IMG/VR virus record: IMGVR_UViG_3300016263_000504
Coordinates: 1-24,341 of that record
DNA length: 24,341 bases
From: a virus
Lineage: Duplodnaviria > Caudoviricetes
Reading direction: 5' to 3' (one strand)
Notes under the pieces: generated by a model
What the model was told of the DNA's origin: nothing
Seen by the model: only the letters and a program-made list of their open reading frames with translations
The model's database searches: none
Made by a program: the position numbers and the translations under genes
In this document: one piece after another, positions 8,052-15,722 of the stretch
How positions within the stretch are numbered: position 1 is the first letter of the stretch
Layout: the number at the start of each line of letters is the position of its first letter

Positions 8052-8819
8052 ATGCAGCATAGTAATATCTATCAAGAGACAAAGCATGAAGCTTTCGTCT
8101 ACGTCTGGATAAACCTCACTCTCGATAAGCAGTATATTGGCTATCATAAAGGATCTCAGGATGATGGCTACATTGCCTCTTCGAGTTCTGAGGAATTCTG
8201 GAAAGACTTCGAAAACGAGAGCATGAAATGGAAACGCGATATCATCTTCGAAGGAACCAGGAGCGAGTGTTTGAGGGAGGAGCAGTGCATGCTTCGCGAG
8301 GCGGACTTTTCGACCGGTAAATATTACAACATGGCTCGTGGAGCCGAAGTGATCTTCACGGATGAGGTTCGTGAGAAGATTCGACAGTATCACCTTGGCA
8401 AGCCTAGCGGAATGCTTGGTAAGAAGCACTCTGAGGAAACGAAGAAGTATCTAAGTAAAATATTAAAAGGACGAGAATTCACGGGGATCCATAAGCAAAA
8501 TCTCAGTGAAGCCGGTAAGGGGCGAGAATTTACGGAGACTCATAAACAAAATCTTAGTAAAGCATTGAAAGGAAGAAAAGTCATCTTTCAAAAGTACGAA
8601 TGCCCTCATTGCCACAAATGGAATAATCCAGTGATTTCAAAACGCTGGCACTTTGACAGTTGTAAACAAAATCCTAAAAATTCTATATTGAAACATAAAA
8701 TCAAACTTGCTAAATGTCCATTCTGCCACAAAACGGGAAATATTATTGCTATGGGCAGATGGCATTTTGACAATTGCAAACTTAAAAATCAAGAAGCGAT
8801 ACAGTTTGAGACTTCTTAG
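8052..8819 (+). mobile_element. Free-standing GIY-YIG (Seg-like) homing endonuclease with NUMOD3-type repeats and two C-terminal Cys repeats
   Basis: AFVYVWINLTLDKQYIGYHKG, ..REEQ.. and YYN; KKHSEETKKYLS plus two REFTxxHKQNLSxAxKG repeats; two CPxCHKxxxxxxxxRWHFDxCK repeats. It is the only plus-strand gene. Likely start is ATG 8052 (255 aa). Confidence 0.88.
8469..8572 (+). repeat. 51-bp tandem duplication encoding NUMOD3-like units
   Basis: GREFTGIHKQNLSEAGK / GREFTETHKQNLSKALK, also conserved at the DNA level. Confidence 0.8.
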
Positions 8820-9819
8820 TCTTATCTTCATAGTCCTGCCAAAGATGTTTGGTTGTATGACCATTCAAAACAACTTTACCTTCCGGATGTTTGGCTAAGT
8901 CAAAATCCATCGGAAAAATCCAATGATAAGGAATGCGTTTTGTAGGACTTTTGATACCGTGAGCAATAGCTATTCTTTTCCAAAAAAGGCAACTTTTATC
9001 TTCGATATTTAACATCTTTTGTGCATACATTGGATTATCCGGATGCTCGCATAGATGCTGCATATCTTTTAACCAATTGATGGCACTTTGATTCTTAGGA
9101 ATAAACTGCCCATCCGCATCAATTTCATACTTACACTTACCATTATATTGACGGCCAAAGATCTGATGCATACCATCATGATGACCTGTTCCTCCGAAAA
9201 GGATTGACTCCGGATCGACGATATGTGGATAAGCCATTGCTAAATACCTTGCGGCATTCTTGCATGGATATAGTGGTGAACGAAAGTTCTGCTCGGATTT
9301 GAAATGTGCCTCAAGTATCTTGGCAAACTGCATCATCGTATATCGCTTGCCATTGGAGATCGTGGAACTCAAGGCTTCCGCGGCCTTCAATGGACCGGTC
9401 AACAACCATTCCTTGACATCCGTATTCTTGGGATAATAGATTTGAAAAAGATCCGAACGTGCATGACGATTCTCTTTGAAGCGAGTCCGCGTAGCTTCGA
9501 TACCATGATCGATCAATGTAGTCAGCGTACCCCAATGCTCATTGGAGAATGAGAAGACCAGAGTGTAGAATAGACGTTCCTTAGGATCCGTTATATTCCG
9601 CATAAGGTCAACGAATGGATGCTCGTGCCAATGAAGACGATGAGAAAAGATTTGAAAGTCATTGAAGAGCAGATCATCTTCACGTTTGTCAAAGGCACGG
9701 CAAAACTCAAAGAATTTAGCATCGCGTTCTTCCTGAGTCCATGTCCACATCCATGATAGCCCAGGTTTCTTATTGATGATCTTGACTGTGGTATCTGTGC
9801 GAAGATATTCTATGTTCAT
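8782..9819 (-). CDS. Amino acid:DNA transferase-like (aGPT-PPlase-like, HhH-glycosylase fold) protein, paralog 2
   Basis: C-terminal NIEDKSCLFWK resembles the (I/V)ExxxC motif of aGPT-PPlases. It shares an MNIE start and apparent architecture with 10702-11910, overlaps the PLP gene (ATGA) and ends in SLLDF. Family call is from recalled motifs plus context. Confidence 0.55.
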   Translation of the reverse strand: MNIEYLRTDTTVKIINKKPGLSWMWTWTQEERDAKFFEFCRAFDKREDDLLFNDFQIFSHRLHWHEHPFVDLMRNITDPKERLFYTLVFSFSNEHWGTLTTLIDHGIEATRTRFKENRHARSDLFQIYYPKNTDVKEWLLTGPLKAAEALSSTISNGKRYTMMQFAKILEAHFKSEQNFRSPLYPCKNAARYLAMAYPHIVDPESILFGGTGHHDGMHQIFGRQYNGKCKYEIDADGQFIPKNQSAINWLKDMQHLCEHPDNPMYAQKMLNIEDKSCLFWKRIAIAHGIKSPTKRIPYHWIFPMDFDLAKHPEGKVVLNGHTTKHLWQDYEDKTKKSQTVSLLDF

Positions 9820-10697
9820 TGCAAATCCTTTCTCCAAGCACGGTAAGAGTCTGTTCGCTGAATAATTGTTGAATCTCTAAGAATTGGATCACGGCCAACA
9901 TTCCACATAAGGCGCCGCTTTTTACCATCCTTTGGAATAAATTTCCATACTTTTCCGTCATAGCTAGCAACGGTCGGAAATGGTGGCAGATTTTCTTTTT
10001 TCTCGGATTGTGGAAATGTCAGAGGCTCAGAGATAACATCAGCTCGGCCGAGTTCGCCTTCTTGAAGATTGCGAGCTACGGCAATGCATATGAATTTGGC
10101 ATTAGGCCACGCGATCTGCAATGCACGGGATAGGACACCGGTCGATATTGCCACGTATACCTCTTCTGGTTCCGGAATCGTTGATGCGGCATGGACTATC
10201 GCGGCCGTGGCAAGCTCATGCTTCAGGCCAAGTGGAATGAAATATGCTCCATTCTTTTCAGCCCATTCTTTGGCATATTTGTTCAAATTTGGCATGGCCG
10301 CTATACGCTCAAACATTGGAATTCCACCTCTCTCAATGCAGCAGGCCTGATGAAGAGAGATCTCCTTTGAAGATGGCATGAATAGCACCACTTTCTTGTT
10401 ATGCCGTTTAGCCACATCACACAATGACACTCCAGCCAGACCGACACGCGGTTGGCAATATACGAGCGTATCTGAGTCAATTCTAGAGCACAGAAGATCT
10501 CCGGCACGAGTCTTGGTGCCGACAATCAGATCATCCCTGACTACCTGTATTCCTTCATGATCGATCACTGTCGGATCTGGATTATATGGAGTCCAATCTT
10601 CACAAAGACTCAGATAGTATTGCTTTGCTTCTTCATAAGACATTCCCATGGGAACATCTTTGTTATTCCCATCCTGAATATGATTATTGTGTGACAT
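9816..10697 (-). CDS. PLP-dependent enzyme, fold type II (Trp synthase beta/cysteine synthase-like), of the kind found in phage base-hypermodification clusters
   Basis: VVRDDLIVGTKTRAG (Schiff-base Lys), GLAGVSL, AYFIPLGL, phosphate loop VAISTGVLS, YDGKVW and WNVG. Likely start is MSHNNH at 10697. Confidence 0.8.
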   Translation of the reverse strand: MSHNNHIQDGNNKDVPMGMSYEEAKQYYLSLCEDWTPYNPDPTVIDHEGIQVVRDDLIVGTKTRAGDLLCSRIDSDTLVYCQPRVGLAGVSLCDVAKRHNKKVVLFMPSSKEISLHQACCIERGGIPMFERIAAMPNLNKYAKEWAEKNGAYFIPLGLKHELATAAIVHAASTIPEPEEVYVAISTGVLSRALQIAWPNAKFICIAVARNLQEGELGRADVISEPLTFPQSEKKENLPPFPTVASYDGKVWKFIPKDGKKRRLMWNVGRDPILRDSTIIQRTDSYRAWRKDLQ

Positions 10698-10701
10698 AAT
10701 T

Positions 10702-11910
10702 TTATTTAGTGAGGAATTTATCTGGCACACCAATCCAGTCCTTATAGTCCGGATGTTCCTGAACGAGCTTGATATATTGTGCTGGAGTCAGGCCATTCGC
10801 TTTGATCACTTCATCATAATAGAAGTTCTGCGATGGATCGTTAAATGTCTTTACAAGTCCCAGATCAAGCATAGCTTTTTGCCTGCCATACGGATGAATA
10901 ATCTTCGATGAGTTCCAAATCGCATCACGATCTATAGCATCATAGGCTTCACCAAGCCGCACATAGTTTGTACAATATCTAATGTAGTCACAACAGACAT
11001 CCTCAACATTGTAAGGCACCTCGCCTGTATCCTTGCATGCCATCTCCATGACCGTATCAAGAAAGACTTCGGTCTTCATCTTGGTCAAAGGTTTGGCCAG
11101 ATACGAGATGCATTGCTCAGCATTAGATCCATAGAAGAACATTGAGTCTCGAATCACAAATTGAGGATACCAATCCGCAATATCTGCTATGATAGCCGCA
11201 TATTGAAAATGATATTGTTTAAGACCATTATTAGTATTCCAATTGAGCATAAATGCACCAATCTCACGCAAAGTCTTTTTGGAACCTGAGGCTAGCCAAT
11301 CGGCCAGATCTCGTGCAAGACGAGGGGCAAACTCACAAAGATAATAATCTCCTCCGCGCTTATATCCTCCTGAAGGTTTAGGAAATGACGGAAATTGATA
11401 TCCTACAGAAGTATAGAATGAATTCTGTTCATTCTTTATCATTAAGCACATCTCTTCGATTGTCTTGGCACGATGAAGCTTAAACAAAAGTGTGTTATGA
11501 TATCCAGAAGGCTTCTGCGCGTAGTTAATTCCAGAACCACAGACTCGATGAAGAATAAAGATGTATAGCCATTCAGGAAGAGAGAAGTCAAAATGTTTAC
11601 CAGTCCAATCATTAGCGACTTGCTTACGCTGATCCGTCACCTTATTGGCTTTCATTTTCTCCCAATATGGATGTCTTAAAGACCAACCGTAGAAGCAGTC
11701 ATTAACAATTTGAGAAAAGCCTGCGTATTTCCTTTCCACGACATCATAGAGCTCTACATTCTCCATAAGAGCATCATTCATGGCCGAATCTTTATGGGCA
11801 ATCATGCCATAAGGCGGATTCTTCGATACATTGCATTTTTCCTGCTGTTCTTTAGCAAGCTTGAAATATCTTAGAAAGTCTTGATAATATGCGGTAGTTT
11901 CAATATTCAT
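10702..11910 (-). CDS. Amino acid:DNA transferase-like (aGPT-PPlase-like, HhH-glycosylase fold) protein, paralog 1
   Basis: 402 aa. YNVEDVCCDYIRY resembles the ExxxC(E/D)(F/Y)x(K/R)Y motif, and GLKQYHFQYAAIIADIAD is HhH-like. It sits between the deaminase and the PLP enzyme. Confidence 0.62.
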   Translation of the reverse strand: MNIETTAYYQDFLRYFKLAKEQQEKCNVSKNPPYGMIAHKDSAMNDALMENVELYDVVERKYAGFSQIVNDCFYGWSLRHPYWEKMKANKVTDQRKQVANDWTGKHFDFSLPEWLYIFILHRVCGSGINYAQKPSGYHNTLLFKLHRAKTIEEMCLMIKNEQNSFYTSVGYQFPSFPKPSGGYKRGGDYYLCEFAPRLARDLADWLASGSKKTLREIGAFMLNWNTNNGLKQYHFQYAAIIADIADWYPQFVIRDSMFFYGSNAEQCISYLAKPLTKMKTEVFLDTVMEMACKDTGEVPYNVEDVCCDYIRYCTNYVRLGEAYDAIDRDAIWNSSKIIHPYGRQKAMLDLGLVKTFNDPSQNFYYDEVIKANGLTPAQYIKLVQEHPDYKDWIGVPDKFLTK

Positions 11911-12358
11911 AGTTCATTAAATCAATAGAATCGTATTCCATGCCAACATAATTCATGTCAAATGATGCATTAAGACAAGATTCCTTCCATCGATCAGGCA
12001 ATGGATTATTCTGTATGACAACTCTTTTGGCACCAATACTAATCAATGCTTGTGCGCATTGTTCGCAGATATGCAGTCCCCAGACATAGAATGTCGATCC
12101 GTTCAAAGATACACCTGCCGAAGTGGCATTATAGATGGCATTTTGCTCAGCATGAATGATCTTGCGCATCTTATAGTCACGATCCAAATACAATTGTTCA
12201 GAATCATCGAGCCCTTTGGCGAAGCCATTATATCCGGTCGCTAGAATACGTCGATCACGGACGACCACACATCCAACCTTTGTCTTTGGATCCTTGGACC
12301 AAGTGGAGACCAATTTGGCCATTTCAAGGAATCGTTTATCCCATTTATTCGGTTCCAT
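11900..12358 (-). CDS. dCMP deaminase
   Basis: WSKDPKTKVGCV, ATGYNG, HAEQNA and ICEQC zinc motifs. Confidence 0.93.
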   Translation of the reverse strand: MEPNKWDKRFLEMAKLVSTWSKDPKTKVGCVVVRDRRILATGYNGFAKGLDDSEQLYLDRDYKMRKIIHAEQNAIYNATSAGVSLNGSTFYVWGLHICEQCAQALISIGAKRVVIQNNPLPDRWKESCLNASFDMNYVGMEYDSIDLMNYEY

Positions 12359-13028
12359 AGCTTGGATCGATTAGATTGAAATGTCTTTCATACACATGCA
12401 AACTGCCAACATTCCAGTAGATGTTACCAACATCGGCCTTTGATTCAGTCAGACGATTGTAGTCACAGGTCAATTCGTATAGGACAAGTTGCTGCCATGC
12501 TCGATCATTCTTGTATCCGAATACAGCATCATTGCTCCTCATATTCACAATCGCGTGGATTTGGCCGCCACGAAGGACATATTGGACCGTATTGGTGCAC
12601 ATGAAGTCCGACATTCCATCTTTACAAAAATCCTCATGCATGGTCGGACGAGTATAGATCATGATGGCGCGGCGGCTCTCTGTATTTGCAATCAATTCCG
12701 AAAGCACATGCTGATACTGCTGATGATTCTCCTTGGACCAGATGCACCAACCATAGTTTGAATTGATGCGACCATCCGGAGTGGCCACTCGCTTCCAGAT
12801 CTCCGGAACCTTGCCTGGAATATCATTCACGTTTAGGGACATGGACTTATACCATTCAAGCTCGCGATTGATATACTCGGAGCTAGGAGTACCAAAGATC
12901 GTATGCCCATTCGCGATGAATGAAGCAGAGATGATCTCGACGGTCCTGACTCCGGACTTATCGGTTACGAACTTACCCGCCTTGAGTAACTTGGAGAATT
13001 CTAATCTAATATCATTTACGGTATTCAT
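12345..13028 (-). CDS. 42: T4 gp42-like dCMP hydroxymethylase (thymidylate synthase fold)
   Basis: INSNYGW, SRRA, SDFMCTNTVQY (catalytic Cys), MRSNDAVFGYKND (Asp where ThyA has the dUMP-specifying Asn) and VGSLHVYERHF. Likely start is MNTVNDIR at 13028. Confidence 0.88.
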   Translation of the reverse strand: MNTVNDIRLEFSKLLKAGKFVTDKSGVRTVEIISASFIANGHTIFGTPSSEYINRELEWYKSMSLNVNDIPGKVPEIWKRVATPDGRINSNYGWCIWSKENHQQYQHVLSELIANTESRRAIMIYTRPTMHEDFCKDGMSDFMCTNTVQYVLRGGQIHAIVNMRSNDAVFGYKNDRAWQQLVLYELTCDYNRLTESKADVGNIYWNVGSLHVYERHFNLIDPSYGTE

Positions 13029-13032
13029 TATC

Positions 13033-13293
13033 TTATTCTTTGGATTTATGACAACAACCACAGCAACCATGGACCGAATCTTCTTGAGCTCGAATGCAAT
13101 CTGGATCTGGATGACCAATACCACATTTGCAGATTCGTTCCGTGATTCCTCGATCAAGACGGTAATTTATTTGCCACTCGCGCATATGATGATTGGATGG
13201 ATTATGAATCGGACATGATTCACCCTCACAAACGGATTTCGAATGAGTCACGAACCTTGACCAGTATTCTTTTTCATGTTTTAGCAATGACAT
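13033..13293 (-). CDS. Small Cys/His-rich putative metal-binding protein
   Basis: 86 aa with CxxxxCPIH..HH..CKCGIGHPDPD..HGCCGCC; packs exactly between its neighbours. Confidence 0.75.
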   Translation of the reverse strand: MSLLKHEKEYWSRFVTHSKSVCEGESCPIHNPSNHHMREWQINYRLDRGITERICKCGIGHPDPDCIRAQEDSVHGCCGCCHKSKE

Positions 13294-13294
13294 A

Positions 13295-13651
13295 TCAATC
13301 CTTCTTGATGGGACGATTTAGAAAGTCACGACTAGGAGTTTGGCCCTCCATCTTACCACGGCAATACGAGACGATGAATGAGCAATAGTTAATCATGTCT
13401 TTGGCCGAGTCTTCGATAGATTCAAAGTTGGGTTTGTAATTCGAATCATTTTGCATAGCCGCGATGACCGATTCCATGCGAAGCTTCTTGGCATGAATGA
13501 TGTCAAGAAGAGTGAGTACACCATTTGGATAATAGTCGGCTTGCTTGATTCGAGAATTAGGATTCTGATAGTCGGTCGATTTCTTGCATTGAAGCTCAAT
13601 GCATTCTCGAAGTACTTTCACGGATTCACGATCTGAAGGATATTCATTCAT
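13295..13651 (-). CDS. Nucleotide-modification-associated all-helical protein (DUF1599/Nmad1-like, MazG-related)
   Basis: ELQCKKSTDY..IHAKKLRM..ESIEDSAKDMINY pattern. Start moved to ATG 13651 because ATG 13660 overlaps the -10 box. Confidence 0.65.
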   Translation of the reverse strand: MNEYPSDRESVKVLRECIELQCKKSTDYQNPNSRIKQADYYPNGVLTLLDIIHAKKLRMESVIAAMQNDSNYKPNFESIEDSAKDMINYCSFIVSYCRGKMEGQTPSRDFLNRPIKKD

Positions 13652-13658
13652 GGGCAGC

Positions 13659-13687
13659 ATTATAGTCTAATGATTGCGGTTTGTACA
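13659..13687 (-). promoter_or_regulatory. TGTACA-N17-TATAAT promoter heading the modification operon
   Basis: Perfect -10 hexamer, 7 nt before ATG 13651. Confidence 0.75.
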
Positions 13688-13695
13688 ATAATAAA

Positions 13696-13887
13696 TTACG
13701 AAGCCTGTTCTTTTAGGAACAAAGCAATAGATCCGGCAAGAGTCGGCGACTTATAGCGCCCGCGGGAATCCGAGAAACATTCCGTGCCACTCCAATATCG
13801 TATGGCCGGTAAAGTCGTCTCGGTCGACTTGAGATACTCCGAAAGAAGCTCAAATGAATTAGTGTGATTGATGTCCTGAGTTTGCAT
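13696..13887 (-). CDS. Hypothetical protein
   Basis: 63-aa ATG ORF in the co-directional gene string. Confidence 0.5.
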   Translation of the reverse strand: MQTQDINHTNSFELLSEYLKSTETTLPAIRYWSGTECFSDSRGRYKSPTLAGSIALFLKEQAS

Positions 13888-14038
13888 TTAATGTAATTAC
13901 TTCTTCTGGCAATGTATACGTCACGGTATATGTGCTCAAACTCGCCGAGTCGGCCGTACTGGTAATTGGTTTAGATTCGCGTTCATCATTCAGATTGAAC
14001 TCAAATTGTTCCGCTATATGCTTAGTGATTATTGGCAT
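13859..14038 (-). CDS. Hypothetical protein
   Basis: Likely start MPIITKH at 14038 (59 aa); short overlaps with both neighbours. Confidence 0.5.
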   Translation of the reverse strand: MPIITKHIAEQFEFNLNDERESKPITSTADSASLSTYTVTYTLPEEVITLNANSGHQSH

Positions 14039-14672
14039 TTGATTTCTTCTTTTTATTGCATTCTTTACATGTAATACGTATCCAACCTTTTGTATTTGAT
14101 TGAAATACACCTTTACTGGTGCCACAGGTCTCACAAATATGATATGACATTTCCTCGGCCATATCAATTAGACCTTGCACATATGAGTCACAAGACCTAG
14201 CATAGATTCGAAGTCCACCCAAGTTCCTCTTGATCTGATCGAAAGTAATAGTCCGAGTAAATTTCTTTCGGGCAGTATGAATCACAAAACGCCATTTCTT
14301 TTCAAATGCGTAATACTTCTCCCATTGCGCATTATACTTTTTGGCATCCGGATGAGTGATATGATACATATCAGGCACACGTATGCCTTTCCTTTTAAGG
14401 AACCACCATGACGACAAAGGTCTTAATAGATAACTCCAGATCGTATTATTCCAGAGTCGATATGTGAAGTTCACAGATGAATTGCGCTTAGGCACATACT
14501 CATATGAATCACAATAGTTCTGAATATTAAAGCAAAGTGATTCAATAATGCTATACCATCCATCATCGCATTCAATACCCCAGCGCATGGAGGTTTCCTT
14601 TATTGGCTTATCCTTTGATAAAAAGATCTCGGGATACTTATCAAAAAGCTGTTTTTGTTTTTTTGGACTCAT
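14022..14672 (-). CDS. Conserved phage hypothetical protein with a C-terminal zinc ribbon
   Basis: GIECDDGWYSII..QIKRNLGGLRIY..CETCG..WIRITCKEC; ATGA overlap with the upstream gene. Confidence 0.8.
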   Translation of the reverse strand: MSPKKQKQLFDKYPEIFLSKDKPIKETSMRWGIECDDGWYSIIESLCFNIQNYCDSYEYVPKRNSSVNFTYRLWNNTIWSYLLRPLSSWWFLKRKGIRVPDMYHITHPDAKKYNAQWEKYYAFEKKWRFVIHTARKKFTRTITFDQIKRNLGGLRIYARSCDSYVQGLIDMAEEMSYHICETCGTSKGVFQSNTKGWIRITCKECNKKKKSNANNH

Positions 14673-15142
14673 GCTATAAATTGACTCGGCTGATATTTAG
14701 AATTTGCATTGAACAATCTGGAACCAGATAATTGGCGCATTTGATTAGCCAACGTAGAATTATTGATCTTGAATAGCATATTCATTTTATGAATAGGCCA
14801 TCCAATCATAATACGGCCCATTGGTTCAAATTTTGTGGCCTTCGTAGTGATGACTTTATAATCTTCACGATCCGTGCATTCAAAGATCTTGATATCATCG
14901 GTACAATCATATTCAACAAAGATCAGACGATCTACTTTCATGCATTTTTCAACATTAGTGGTATGCTGAGCATTGATAGTAAACGTTCCATTGGGATGGC
15001 GATTCTGTGTCTTTACTTCAATATTTTTGCCAAGAGCAATCATGTCCTTGACCGTATCATATTTGTTTTCTGAAAGATTGCCATTAAGCAGCTTAGCGAC
15101 CAATTCTTCACCTAGCGCACCGAGTTTTTCTTTATTTGTCAT
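14669..15142 (-). CDS. Putative PD-(D/E)XK-fold nuclease-like protein
   Basis: GALGEELV..KD..IEVKT pattern; likely start MTNKEK at 15142. Confidence 0.6.
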   Translation of the reverse strand: MTNKEKLGALGEELVAKLLNGNLSENKYDTVKDMIALGKNIEVKTQNRHPNGTFTINAQHTTNVEKCMKVDRLIFVEYDCTDDIKIFECTDREDYKVITTKATKFEPMGRIMIGWPIHKMNMLFKINNSTLANQMRQLSGSRLFNANSKYQPSQFIA

Positions 15143-15150
15143 AATATAAT

Positions 15151-15492
15151 CTACTGGCAATATAAGTTTGCAATTAGCCTATCAATTGCCAGATCTTCTT
15201 TCTCCTGTGATTGCCTTGTCTTATCTTTCAGTTCCTCAAGAGATCGAAATCGATTAGATGAAAATCCAAATTCTAATCCTTTTGAATTGCATGGATTGAA
15301 TAGGCCAATCAAATATACGGCCGGCTCTTGCACACACAGATAATCCATAACTAATGCATTGACGGATTGGCCATCATTGATACCACGAATGACGTATGTG
15401 GTATCCTTCTTAGGAAGAGATGTATACAACTTATGAACCTCTTCACAAAACTGATCATCTATGCAAACTACTTTTTGACCGGTATGGAACAT
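15151..15492 (-). CDS. Hypothetical protein (SH3/KOW-like N-terminus)
   Basis: MFHTGQKVVCID..YVIR..FSSNRFRSL; 113 aa. Confidence 0.75.
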   Translation of the reverse strand: MFHTGQKVVCIDDQFCEEVHKLYTSLPKKDTTYVIRGINDGQSVNALVMDYLCVQEPAVYLIGLFNPCNSKGLEFGFSSNRFRSLEELKDKTRQSQEKEDLAIDRLIANLYCQ

Positions 15493-15493
15493 A

Positions 15494-15706
15494 TCAATTG
15501 AATAGAAATGAAAATGTTTCTTTGATAGTCGACAAATTGATTTGTTTTAGAAACAACCATTTTAGCCAAGCAAATGGCCAGAAGAAAAAATCTAAGGTTG
15601 CCCAAAACCATGGCATGGAAGAGCCCAATTTTTGATTCACGGTATATCCAATCATAGAAGACATGACACACCAAATCATATGCAAATAAGTAATAATACG
15701 TTTCAT
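15494..15706 (-). CDS. Small membrane protein
   Basis: 70 aa with two hydrophobic, aromatic-rich segments; abuts the next gene. Confidence 0.7.
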   Translation of the reverse strand: MKRIITYLHMIWCVMSSMIGYTVNQKLGSSMPWFWATLDFFFWPFAWLKWLFLKQINLSTIKETFSFLFN

Positions 15707-15722
15707 AATACTAAATTAAAAT

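Noticed and set aside
7944-8819. Group I intron-encoded endonuclease, or a start at 7944
   Set aside because: The gene is antisense to its neighbours, both of which look complete, and there is no room for an intron core. The 7944 start lies upstream of the late promoter.
12345-13157. Ordinary thymidylate synthase ThyA, and the 270-aa ORF start
   Set aside because: Asp at the specificity position and gp42-like motifs argue against ThyA, and ThyX is present. The upstream extension overlaps the 86-aa gene, so 13028 is the preferred start.
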